A program made the position numbers and the translations under genes. A stretch of 64,000 nucleotides of DNA from Antedon mediterranea (taxonomy: Eukaryota > Animalia > Echinodermata): the NCBI RefSeq assembly GCF_964355755.1, contig NC_092677.1:14592101-14656100 (forward strand), in the 5' to 3' direction. Shown here in pieces: positions 1-11,970 of the stretch. Numbering within the stretch: the first letter of the stretch is position 1; every line of letters begins with the position of its first letter. A model generated the notes under the pieces. It was not told where the DNA came from. It made no database searches and saw only the letters and a program-made list of their open reading frames with translations.

Positions 1-1892
1 AATGGGCTAAATTCTAATACATTGTCCTTTGACATAAAATATTCAGATGCAGATCACCTAGTACAGTACAGAAATTTGGGGATTGATTGTAGGTACCTTC
101 ACCAGTGTGCTCTAGGAGAACATTCTCCCATAAAAACAATGTTCTTAATATTTCTCTGGTCTGATAGGCTTATTACCAAGTACCATAACAACATGTTTCT
201 GTAATCCGGTATATATTTGCCGTAATCCGTTAATCGCTGGAACATGTTGAATAACGAACATATTGAATACAATACAAATTGTTTTTGAACGATTATATCT
301 GTGATTATTTTTCCTAACCAAAGTACTTTGATCGGACACATTTGAAAAGTGCATTACTTCAAAGTTACTTTTAAATACAGTTGTGTTTTTGTAATCACTT
401 TTATGTATCACTTTTTGTAGCTAGAGTGTTCCTCCTCCATTTTCAAATTTCATACCCAGACCTGATATTGTAATACTGTATAGATTTTGTTTGACATACA
501 GTATAAGCTTGTTATATTATAGGGCCTGTACTGTACAATACATATTGCCTGTGTATATTGTACATCTGCCTCTTCTTATTATATAGGATAAAACCGCCTT
601 TTCTTCTTTATTCTTTTACTGTATCATGATTTTATTACGTAGATTTCTAAAAAGACAAGTTTTCCAATTTCCTACCATCTTTGTGTTTCTAACTTTTATC
701 GTCAAGCATCATTTACTAATAATTGATCTTTCAAAAGGACATCCTAAACGAGGATTATTATCAAAGAGTTCATCAGTTGCTTTGTTCCCAATAACACCCA
801 TTGTAGCCCTAGTCCATGTACCTAATCTTCCTTTAAAAGGTCACTCTTTACAATCAAACCCATTCCATTGTTAAAGGTAAGGCTTGAGTACTCTCAATTA
901 TGCCTAAGCTTAACTTGTAAAAGTTCCACATTGCTGGATTCTTACGTCCTATTATCAAGGTATTATGATGATAATACACTTGTAAACATGGGTTTATTCT
1001 ATCCGATTCACAGAGTTACACAACAATTAAAAACAGCACTTTTATTGACCTAACTTATGGAAGGAAGGTTGAGAAATTTGTTAAAATGTTGATGATGGCT
1101 TGCTTTATACCCGGATAAACTAGTTTTCCCTTTTTCTGTCATGAAACACCCCTATTAAAACAGTGAACTGATCCCCACTATATAATTAATCTAGAAACTG
1201 CTCTCTTTCAAAAAAAATGTGCCAAAAACTTTGTTTCTTATGTTTAGCATCTTTAGCATTTCAAATGTTTTGTTAGCTTCCATTCTTTTACTACGAGAAC
1301 TTGTTAGTCAGAATCAAGAAATGTTCATTTTTTGCTGTTCTAGTTCTATAATTACCCTACTGTATGTCCAAATAGAGTAGTGTCTTATTAATAGCTACAT
1401 ATCTGACTAGATTTGAAAGGCCAGACAAACAAATCATGTGTAAACTACTGTAGTACTACTATTTTTGGAAAACTGTTTTGTACAAATTTATGTTGTAATA
1501 TCTTATGCAATTTGTTTGTTTGAAGGCTCTACAAAATGTAATAATGTTTCAGTTATGATATTTCTTGAAACAAACTAATAGAAAATTCAACTACAGTAAA
1601 CTATACTTATTATAATTCAGTTTGTGATATATATCCGTTGCTGTAGGCCTACAAAATTTATGACGTGTTGCTCTATAAACGTGGAAGAATTGCGTACAAT
1701 ATCATGCATTATAAACATGTGTATTAGATAATTAAATTTTCATATGAATAACGGGCGTGTCATGCTTATTGAATAGATACAACCATTTTTACTGTGCACA
1801 ATAGCTGATTAATTAAGCACAGTTCACAGTATAATAACAATGTTCTCAATGCCTTATAAGTTATATGGGCTGATATAATTTATTATTTGTTT

Positions 1893-1948
1893 TTGTAAAG
1901 CGCATTGAGAGCCTACTTAATATGCACTATTTAAAAATTAAATTATTT
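1893..1948 (+). mobile_element. SINE/LINE 3' tail fragment
   Basis: TGTAAAGCGCATTGAGAGC...ATGCACTAT, near-identical to the tail at 5700-5730. Confidence 0.55.
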
Positions 1949-3330
1949 TTCATGTGATGTTTTGTATTATCTCAATATTGAGATATTTTTATTTTTCTTA
2001 GACGCTTTATAAAACCTTTTTTAGTGGGTTTTTAGTATTGAATTCCAAACTGTATGTATTGAAAGTGGACAAACCTACAACACTTTATACCAGTTCTATA
2101 TTTTTACAATTTTGTTTACTATAATTATATGTGAAGAATAACAGAAATCAATCAATTGTTTTGTTGTGTAAAAGAATTTGATACGTTATTTTTTTTTTTT
2201 AAATAAGCGCATGAATAAAAAGTATGTTTGTTGAAAACCTTGTTGAACCTAAAAACGTGTACGTCCACATTGAGATATGAGGTTAATGTTCATCATGGAT
2301 CAAACAATCCCTAATGACTATTATAAAGGACAATAACGAACATTCCTTTTAAGTTTGGTAAGTTAAACTTGGTTACAATATACTGTAATGAATGCTGCCA
2401 GTGGAATGTTATGAGATGAAGTAAAAGTCCTATCAGTATCAAATGATCACTGCGAAGATTATAAATGGTTTAAGAATCTCACACCTTAATTAGCAAGCAT
2501 GTCACACAGGCATTAATAGTTTGTTTGTGGAGGAATTAATCCTGGTGATAGTATAATTTAATTGAAGGATAGAACTAATTAAACAAACAGTTTAAAGTCT
2601 ATCTTTCTTTTGTACATTCTTACTGTAGGCCCTATAAAGTAATTGTTTATTGTCCGATTTTCCCAGGCAATATTTGGTGAAAATACATATTGACACAACC
2701 TAAAATAGTGTACGCCACGATCTAACAGAGGAACAAATAATAATTATTTCCAAAATCAACCAACTTTTTTTTATTACTTTTGTTGCAACTATCATAGTTT
2801 ATTGTATGTCTTCATTGCATTCATAGAGTCTGATATATTTTTACAAAAAATAAAAAATGAAAACAAAAATGATAAATTTGGCCTTCTAACACATACTGTT
2901 AGCTTGCACTTTTACTCCATTTTTTATGTTAGCAATTTTTCATTGCACACTTCAAAATACGTTAGTTTATAATTAATTCAAGATTGAAGAATATTCAAAA
3001 TTCAACAATAGAATTATGAATATGTAATAACAAATGTAAAATGCTATCATCTGGTATCATGCTTTGTAATGTAGGCCTTGCAGCTATGAAATTCACGGTA
3101 CATATTTTAATATTCATATTATTGAAATAATAATAATGGTGACTATAACAATGATGAAGCATGGAAAGCCCTTAGATAAAGGGGTCAAATATCCTAATAA
3201 TTATTTGACCAATCACATGCAACAATTCAGATGATCAATCGCTTTTAAATGGTCACATTACTTTACACTCATTGTATGTCCTTTCGTTGTGGTCCCTGTG
3301 GGAGGAAGATACTTTTGAATCATAAACTAA

Positions 3331-3525
3331 AGCTCTATTTACACTATCAAACTAGTTGGACCAAAAAGTGTGATATGTACAAATATAGTGGTAGTGATAT
3401 TCCCTAATATGGTAATGATATACCCTAATATGGTAGTGATATGCCCTAATATGGTAGTGATATACCCTAATATGGTAGTGATTTGACATAATTATGTCCA
3501 TATATGGGCACATCACATTTTCTTG
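3331..3525 (+). mobile_element. Same MITE family, with an expanded internal 21-bp minisatellite
   Basis: AGCTCTATTTACACTATCAAACTAG terminus, then ~4.5 copies of TGGTAGTGATATNCCCTAATA (3389-3482), then GTCCATATATGGGCACATCACA, shared in inverted form with the 60553 copy. Confidence 0.75.
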
Positions 3526-3661
3526 TATAATATTTGTAGAGAAGGCATTTTGGTGCGCCCCAGTGTGTAAACTCTGGAGTTTTATTAGTAGGAGTGTGTA
3601 AAAGAGGTGTTTGTCAGCAAACTGTATACAGTATTGCTTTTCTTTTTCAACAATACTCAAT

Positions 3662-3820
3662 GAAATGATGACGGAAGTTTGTAGGGATGCTCCTACTTGA
3701 AGGTTGGGTTTGTGAACTGTACCATTTTATGGAGAGGGATGTTCAATGAATTATCTACTTTTCAAGTATATCGCGCTCCTTGAGGAGAATATGGCATTTG
3801 TCAGTTTATCCAGGTAAGCT
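3662..3820 (+). repeat. Unclassified dispersed repeat (family X), most complete copy
   Basis: 3662-3752 is about 85% identical to the reverse complement of 43033-43122. 3765-3820 matches the reverse complements of 17515-17565, 43641-43690 and 56234-56265. Confidence 0.8.
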
Positions 3821-5624
3821 ATTGTTGTATTGTATTGTGTAATTTTGCCCGCTTTTAAGTTCCACCTCTGATCGCACTATTTAGTAATGTATTTAAAGTG
3901 TATTGTCACACATGTGTATTTTCCTTAAATGCAATAAACAGCTTGAATGAAGTGTTTAATGATATTGATAACAATATTCCTTTCAACACCCCACTGGCAG
4001 ACTTTCTTTTGTACCTTTTCAGACAGTTTAATTTCAAATACCTTTTTATTATTTATATTACAGGTTTATGTTTCATCGTATACCTTTGCTCCTTTGTTGA
4101 AATCACCAATAGGGTGCACTTTTGTATGAATCCACGGTCATTGTATTTATTGTTGGTTTGCGATGACAATTTCCGATTGGCGACAAAAGATCTGCGTTTT
4201 TATAATTTCCTCTATTAGAATCTATTAGAATATTATTTATTCATTAACCGATGTGTAGCCCAGGTGATAAAGAAAAATAAAGAAAAGTTGGTTTAGTATC
4301 ACCTTGTGTGAACAGGAAGGCAAGCACAGTGAGTGTATTCATATCTTACTACAGTAAAGGTTCTAAATCATATCCCAAGGGCCTAGCACCAACAACAACA
4401 ACCTAGTTTCGAACACTTACAGTATGATGTTTATAGTTCTTTTTGAAATATTAAAAGGAGAAGAAAATGCTGTCTATATTTGAACTTAAACAGAATTTAG
4501 GTCTCATAGAAATAATTTTTCTCCCAGTTGAATTTTTAATAAACTTTTATCGTCGTTGCACATCACTCAGAATCAAACTTAATTATTTACTTCATCTCAA
4601 TTTTCATAATTGTTAATGTCATAATGAACTTCCATGGTTTTTTTTCTTGCAGAATTTATGCAATATTATATTTTCGTTATATGTATGTACTTGATACATG
4701 GATAAATAAGTATTTTTTCATGCTTGATCTAGAAAGAAAATGATGTAATTATTCTTTCATACATCAAATCAAACATGATTTTTTGGAAATATTTCATTAA
4801 CATTTCAATACACAGTGCAGTATAATATCTTGTTATAAGTAAATATTTATAAAATTACTAAATATTACATTTGTAATTGTAGTAAAAAATTATTATTACA
4901 TAAATTAGTAGATTATTGTATTATTTTATTTTATTTCAATTCGCTCGCCATTGGAATACATAAAAAACAAGACAAAACAACATTGACATGGTCAACAAAA
5001 ACAAATTACCAAAAATTCTTAATTTTGGATTTAAATAAAGGGAAACAATTAAAGAAAATATCAATAGTGGAGACAATGGCAATATACTGTATGAATTAAA
5101 TCCGTAGTAAAACCAATATTATTTTTTTAATACATCCACTTTATAAGAAGAAGGAAAGGGATAAAATGCAATAATATTATAATGATGAATGCATGTAGTT
5201 GGATAGGGTTGACATTTGATAGTTATAGTAATAATTAATATGATAATTATGTAACATAATGATTGAGTAGAATGTAATTAATATAACATTTCATAATTAA
5301 TCTTAGTGATACAGTAGTTCTACTGACAAAGTTGAATCAACCATTTATAATAATGAATATTCATATGCGAATATATATGATATCAGTGTTGATAATGTAA
5401 ATAATATTAATTAATATTAAGGATAATGTGGTAGTTCGCGATCAGCATTGGTTGTTTTATTCTACTCTGTATTGTATCGGGATGAATATGTATAATAGGC
5501 CTAATAATAATTAATGTGTACAGGTATATATATTAGTGTCACCGAAAATGAATAATTTTAATGAATAGTAATAATAGGAATATGTATAATATGATTTAAA
5601 TATGTTCATCAAAATATGTATGAT

Positions 5625-5762
5625 TCACTCTACTCCAGGTGTATAATTGGGAACCCGGTTAGATCAAGACACAACTTTGTGACTGGGGTAATAATGTTCA
5701 GCGCATTGAGAGCTTGCTTATATGCGCTATATAAGAATGAACTATTATTATTATTATTATTA
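5625..5762 (+). mobile_element. SINE 3' part: core plus L2-type stem-loop tail and (TAT)n
   Basis: CCAGGTGTATAATTGGGAACC core (similar fragment at 28572-28596), then AGCGCAT...ATGCGCT stem and a (TAT)n tail. The same tail recurs at 1893-1948. Confidence 0.6.
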
Positions 5763-5825
5763 CTATACTATAGGTACATTCTTCTACCCCTGAATTTTTT
5801 TAAACATTCATACATTCACATTGCC

Positions 5826-5964
5826 CAGTGGCGTAACAGCTATAAGCAGCACAGGGGAAAAACAGGCATTTTAAAAAAGGCTAAAAACGTCCAAGGCCTC
5901 CAGCGTGGGAGAGCCACTCAGGGTCACTAAACCAGGGGCCTCATGCCTCTGTGTTATGCAACTG
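5826..5964. mobile_element. hAT-like MITE
   Basis: TIRs CAGTGGCGTAAC ... GTTATGCAACTG (10/12 match). Flanking 8-mers ACATTGCC and ATATTACC differ by two transitions, consistent with a decayed 8-bp TSD. Confidence 0.7.
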
Positions 5965-7376
5965 ATATTACCCTAGTTTCATGTTATTATGACAATAATA
6001 AAGCTTGAATATGATAAAAAAAAATCAGGCATACTTTTGTTAGAAAATGAGTACAAAATTACAGTCACGTAGGTCTCAGTTCTGTCAAAAGTCAGTAGAT
6101 TTTTCACCTTCTTCTCTGGAACCCGATATGTATGCACCGTTTTTTTCCTACTCTGTAATAATGAAGTTTGAACGACGCCAGAGCGTTAATTGTGTATTGC
6201 ACTAGATATTTGCCTGATAGGTCAAAAACCAGCACAGTTTAGTTTACTTCATTTATTAAAGCAAAGTTGTTCCATGAAGTATCTTGTTGACATGTTTTTT
6301 ATTCTTAAAAGTTAATTTTCTTGTAAGCTGCTGTTTACCAAGAAGAATGTTTTTTTAGTTTAAACACTGTTCCACCATTGTGAACATCAAGGAGGCCTTT
6401 ATCATGTGGTAGCATATTTTTACCTAGACCTAGAAAATCACTTTTTATTTATTTTCCATTTGGTCGACTTTGCAGATGAAAGTGGAAGTATTTAGTTTTA
6501 AGATTTTCCCATAAATATTAATTACATTGCCAAATTAAGAAGATAATGATACCAAAAGTACAATAACCAGTCATAAAATTAAATTTTGAAATACAAACTG
6601 GTATTGATTTGGTAACTTAACAATTGTAGGCCCTACAATAAGCAGTACCATATTTGGAATTACTGTATAGAGTGCTGCATATTTCAATACTTTTTTGGAT
6701 GTAAATTTATTTTTGAATACAGCATAACTTTTGGCTAATAATTCTGAAATAACTACATTTCTAAGATAGATAATTCTTTACCCCTACAAACATAAATGGT
6801 AATTATCATTGTTGCAAATTATCAAATCTCCAACAATTGTGGAAAACCCAAACTTGACACTTGTACCTTTCTGCTTCAGATGGTTTTAATATAGATCAAA
6901 TGATTTATAACAATTTTTTTGGTAAAATAAATATGAAAATTGAAAAGATACCATCTGGAAAAAGTCACCCCAACAGATTGCTAATGCTTTTATTATTATT
7001 ACAGTACATTTTTGTGTTCTTTTGCTGTTTTCCTTTTAACAATGACCTTGTATACTGTACTACCCACTTTTTCTTATGTTTATTAGCTTTAGTCAAAAGT
7101 GTATTTGTAATTCATATGAAAAATAATCTTTATTGCCAGCCCTGACATTCTGTCATCTGTCAAAAAATATGTACAACTGTTTTGCATGAAATGGCTAAAA
7201 AAAGTAAGAATAATATACATGTTCTTCAAATGTAAACTTCATTATTATATATCCTCTAGTAGGCCTATATTAATTTCCATTTTAGTTCCTGCACAAACAA
7301 CCAAGTTTAAGGCTTCATTTGACCGAGAACAAGGACTTCTTGAATAAAGACATATAACTGGTGAACTCAGTTAAAG

Positions 7377-7493
7377 ATGCTTTGTAGCAGTAAGAGTACA
7401 GTAGGGTTTATCCTGGTGCTATTCCAGCCACTGTTGTGGACAGATGAAGTTCTGTTTAGTGGCAGCTACGGAATGAAGGAAATCTATGGAGAG
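7377..7493 (+). CDS. Candidate first coding exon of a host gene with a signal-peptide-like N-terminus
   Basis: Acceptor TTTCCATTTTAG ending at 7285, in-frame upstream stop at 7362, ATG at 7377, locally raised GC. Peptide MLCSSKSTVGFILVLFQPLLWTDEVLFSGSYGMKEIYGE, then donor GAG|GTAAAA at 7494. No homology recognised. Confidence 0.33.
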
Positions 7494-8628
7494 GTAAAAG
7501 TTGTGTTGTCCACACCTCAGCGTGATTCATGCTGCCTACTACAGTACTACTAGTAGTAAAGGCTACAAGTCACAGGTTATTCACCTATATTTACTGTAAA
7601 ACATAATTTTTCGTATGCTATCTATGATTATACTGTAGCTAGAATCATATCAATCAAAAATGTCCTCAATAAAATAAATTAGGTAACATTCTTATAACCT
7701 ATCCTAATGCTAAATCTTTCCATTAAAAATAAGTGAAGAGAGCATTACGGTAATAGGTTATGTTGTCACACTTTTCTTCTTTTAATGTGGAAAATACTGA
7801 AATATTATCCTCCAAATCACATCCATATAATTATGACTAACTTGTTCGTGTATCATGTTTTTCTAGTGATTATAATATTAATCAATAATTATGTTTATTT
7901 TGACTACGCAATGAGGCTGAAATTTACAATCGTTAATATATAAATAACTTGAATACAACATCCTCTGAGACGATTAAGTAACTTTGAATGTGATTAATGA
8001 CTTCTTCTGTTCTTCTACATCGGAAACAAATGTTGCCATTTTTACACACCTTTTCAACAGAATTCTTGGTGTTTTTGTTCTGCTTGACTGAACAACGACA
8101 TACCTAGATGCTAGGTTTTTTTTAACGACTGTGAAGTCACGTGCACGTGCTGGCTCTGATGTGGCCGTTGATTGATATGAATCTTTTTGCTTGCGATTCT
8201 TGTTAAGTGGAAAACAAAATTTATCTTGTTAGAAGCTGTAATGTGCATACTAATATCTGACCATAAAAACATCTTGCATTGCACAAATTATCAGTCTCAT
8301 TTTAACGTTCAACAAAATCTGCGAGAACAAATTTCATGCTGTCTTGAAAAAGTGACAATATGGATTTTTTGTCTTTAGATAATATTGAAAATGATGTATC
8401 TTTCAAAGTATTTAACTGATCGAAAAAAACATGTGTTAAATATTTTCTTTTTTTTGTAATAGAGTAATTACTCAAAATGTTGGGAATTGGTTTATTATCC
8501 AGGCAATTGATGCTGATTTGTGAAGATATTTAGGTTCAATATTCAAATCGTTATTTTTCTATTTATGTACACTATAATTATATAAGACATCCTCTAATTT
8601 TAAAGCATACAATGTAAATAACTTTAAT

Positions 8629-8717
8629 GCTCTGTCTACACTATCAAACTAGAAAAGAAAATGTGATGTGCCCAAATATGATAGTAATATGCTTAAATAT
8701 GGTAAGTGATATGACAT
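8629..8717 (+). mobile_element. Same MITE family, truncated copy
   Basis: GCTCTGTCTACACTATCAAACTAG...GTGATGTGCCCAAATATG followed by two degenerate 21-bp units. Confidence 0.7.
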
Positions 8718-8757
8718 GTGTTTTTTTCAAATGGTGTTTAAACCAATGACTATAAAG

Positions 8758-8857
8758 CCTTAAATACAATTAGCAGGTATATTTTGTGTTTGTCTAAGTC
8801 ACAAAAAAGTTCACCATTTTGCTGTGACCTAAACACAAAATACTGTTGTAATTAAGG
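8758..8857. repeat. Imperfect ~100-bp inverted repeat
   Basis: CCTTAA.TACAA...TATTTTGTGTTT...GTCACA and TGTGAC..AAACACAAAATA...TTGTA.TTAAGG. Confidence 0.6.
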
Positions 8858-10415
8858 ATAAATACTGTTTACTCCTACTGTAGCACAAAATATATAATGT
8901 GATAGACTGTAGTCATTTCTACTCGCCTTACAGTGTAAATTAATAAATTAAACATACAAAAATAATAATACTAAAACATCTACTTCATAATAGAACTGAC
9001 CAAGCCACATTTAAGGATGATACTTTATACAGATAGTAACCAAGGAAACGGTTTACAAAGCAATTAAGCTAAAAACAAAAGAACTTTTCAACTCTATTTT
9101 ATCCTTTAGGCATATGTTTTTGTAAAATATCAAAATGTATTTATATGAAAGATCTGTCTTGGTCAGTGCACTCCGAGAGCTTTTGTATGTTTGAGTCAAG
9201 AGTAGAAATCATAGCAGAGATCGATTCTAGTGTAACATGACCATCTTAAGCATACGATGCTTTATAGATTACGAATGTAGGATTTTCATATGAAAAGACA
9301 AAAACCTTGATAATGTAATAATGTAGATATTGATATACAGTTTAGTATTAAAATGAGTTTTGTGACATGCATAATAAAGGGATGATTGTACAGGAGAAAG
9401 CACATTACTATTAGGCCTGCTGTTGAATGCAGTAGCCTACTTTTTTAGTTAATCGTATTTTGTCCCATTGTGATTTCTGTAACAAAGTGGTTGAGCTGAT
9501 AGGGCCATTAACCAAATGTACCGTAGTGATAACTTTAGAAAACTATAGTCTTTTATGAAAGATTCAATGGGTTAAAGTGTACACAAACGAGATGTGTAAA
9601 CTGGACCTCTCCAGTCGGAGGCATAAAACTATGACTAACGACTGTCCATATTAGAGCTGTGGTTTGTGATGCCCTGATGAGGCTAGTCGACTTGAGCACT
9701 GCAAAATGTATGTAGTGTGATCACAATCCTATGCTGGGAAATGTGGGTGGCACCTTAGTGAATGCTGGGTTGAATTTAATCTGGGTGAAAGTTATAAAAT
9801 CAACTAGTGCTGACAATCCACCCACCCTTCACCTGAGATACATAAGTGAAATATGGCTATATACGCCTATTATCAAGATGATTTCAAAATAATTTTGTTA
9901 TGTTTTGATCCATGTTTTCAATCAAATATTTTTTTTATTTCTAAAGTGGTTTATTTGTTACTTTTCAAGGATGTCAAATTCGCAGAAATCAATTTCATAA
10001 TTTTACAATTAGAATAAAACGGCTTCATTGTGTTATGTGTTTTATTTGATGTGCAATGATGGTAGTTCTATCAGCATTTGTGTAGCTATGAATGGAGAGG
10101 CTTTTCATCGGTCTCCGTGGAGCTATGACACAGTTCAAAGGATTAAATTGTCTATCCCCGGAGATAGGGGACAAAGAGTTTTATACTCTGTTTGGGGTCG
10201 TTTCAGTCAGTAATGATGAATGTGATATTGAAAGTGCATTGATTAACATATGGAAAATTTGTTTTAACTACAATATATCCTCTCAATTATGTAAAAGTAG
10301 ACAAAAATATTAATATTCTTATTACGTCAAAAAAAGTAATAAGCAGAGGTTTGTACAGTGTAATTGTGAAATGTACAGTATAATATTTGGCTGTACAGGT
10401 AATGGTTTTTATCGG

Positions 10416-10512
10416 TTTTTAGTCGCGTGCAGCTCACCATGTCGATCGGATGGTCGGTCGGTAAACACTAACTCAAATTTGAGCACGCTACTGCAGCCAT
10501 GTATATGGCCTA
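10416..10512 (+). mobile_element. Helentron-associated (DINE-1/HINE-like) non-autonomous element
   Basis: T-run, sub-terminal inverted repeat AGTCGCGTG (10421) ... CACGCTACT (10484), internal GTCG/GGTC tetramer repeats and a 3' hairpin GCCAT-GTAT-ATGGC. This matches the described HINE layout. Confidence 0.65.
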
Positions 10513-10932
10513 ATTGTAATAATAATAATAATGTAAAAACAAGGAATCTCGTACGGTACATAATTATTATAAAGGAACTGTACTGTACAACCTTGTTATG
10601 ATTATCTATCCTACAGTATATAGTTAAAGTATTTCTACTAAATGCACCTTTACCAGGCCTATAATAGGCTTGTTTAGTTCTAACTGTAGAATCAATAACA
10701 GAAAAATAAATTACAGAAATCAATGAAGTAAATTATATCAGTGATATTTTATGAGACTAACTAAAATGTCAAACTTATAGAATGTCGTATAGTAGAATGG
10801 TTATTTTACAATACAAGATAACAAAGAACATCAAATGTAAATGTTTTAATACAATTTGAAAGCTTACAATGATATCATTGTCTTTAACATACTTAAAAAT
10901 CTATATTGTATCCAAGCAATAATACAATACAT

Positions 10933-11155
10933 TTAAAGATGTTTTGTTCGCCAAAAACATGAAAAATGAAGATTAATAAAATTAGGCTTTTCATACGCCA
11001 TTTTGAAGTTTTAATCACTTCCGTGGATTGATGTTTTCACTTATAAAATGACAAAATAAACGGACAACTGGCAGCCACAATTTTTTGCTTTAAATTACAG
11101 TGAATAACTATTATGTGACATTAAAATGGTATATTAAAAAAAAATATATCTTTAA
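10933..11155. mobile_element. TTAA-flanked MITE (Kolobok-like)
   Basis: TTAA|AGATGT...ATATCT|TTAA. Shares AAAACATGA, GCCAT(A/T)TTG, ACTTCCGT and AACTATTATGTGACATT blocks, in the same order, with the copy at 34425. Confidence 0.7.
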
Positions 11156-11470
11156 AATAACAGCTTAATTTGCATGCAAGAATTTGTTTTTAATCGTATT
11201 GTAGTGAGACATATCTCCTTCAGTAATTCTAAAATTGTATTATTTTTTCAGAGAAAAATATGTATACTGTATAATACAATAATAAATACAGAATATAAAA
11301 TATAGGGATGTATATTGTCTCCATCTAAGCATCAATACAACATTTAAAATAACTTAACTTGCAAGAATTTGTTTTTAATCAGATTTTATTGAGACATAAC
11401 TCCTTAATGTAATTCTAAAATTGTGTTACTTTTCCAGAGAAAAATATGATAAATACAGAATATAAAATAT
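11151..11470. repeat. Degenerate tandem duplication, period ~192 bp
   Basis: TTTAAAATAAC...TGCAAGAATTTGTTTTTAATC...GTAATTCTAAAATTGT...CAGAGAAAAATATG...ATAAATACAGAATATAAAATA occurs twice (11151 and 11343). Confidence 0.85.
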
Positions 11471-11576
11471 TTTTGAAATATGTATACTAATATAACAGTT
11501 CAATCTTAGCTGAGGAGGGGGAGGTCGAGGATGAAATATTGAGTTTGAACCATTTTTCCTGAAAAATCATAAACAT

Positions 11577-11970
11577 AAATTCAATTCAATTCAACTTTTA
11601 TTTCAGACAATTGTCCATATGGTATTATACATTACAGAGAAAACAAAAAAGATGAAGGAGAGAGGACCAAAACTTTTATCTATTGGTATATAATGCCTCT
11701 CTCCATTTGTAGTACATGTTTGAATCCATCAACAAATATTTATATATACAAATTAACATTCTGTTTTCGCTTTTCATTATTCTTGTAGGAAATCGGTAAG
11801 TCGAAATTCTCAAATATTCATAAAATGATGGAATATTGTTTTCCACAAACAAATTCCTCGCACTAACAAATCTGGGTTGTCCCAACAACCTCCAGAAAGC
11901 ATCATTATAACAAACTTTAAGTCGGTTGATATCTTTATAAATGTTAAGTCGGTTGATATCTTTATAAATG
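11577..11970 (-). mobile_element. 5'-truncated non-LTR retrotransposon (CR1/L2-group LINE) 3' end
   Basis: Minus frame YKDINRLKVCYNDAFWRLLGQPRFVSARNLFVENNIPSFYEYLR...SENR resembles a LINE ORF2 C-terminus. It is followed by a short 3' UTR, AATAAA and a (TTGAA)3 tail at 11577-11603. Confidence 0.75.

Noticed and set aside
626-1053. Short ORFs and a strong donor AAG|GTAAGG at 876/877
   Set aside because: All three frames hit stops shortly upstream of the donor, and no acceptor or homology is evident.
3352-3660. ORF with HYHIRVY repeats; 21-bp array considered as CRISPR-like
   Set aside because: Repeats are head-to-tail with no unique spacers, lie inside a MITE, and no cas genes are present.
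3804-3850. AG|GTAAG followed by an Sm-like AATTTTG, suggesting a spliced-leader RNA or U1-related sequence
   Set aside because: Other family X copies lack the Sm-like site, and similarity to U1 is limited to CTTACCTGG.
6195-6220. Seed-like matches to known miRNAs (TATTGCAC here; TGAAAGACAT at ~42270)
   Set aside because: Similarity stops after the seed and there is no precursor hairpin.
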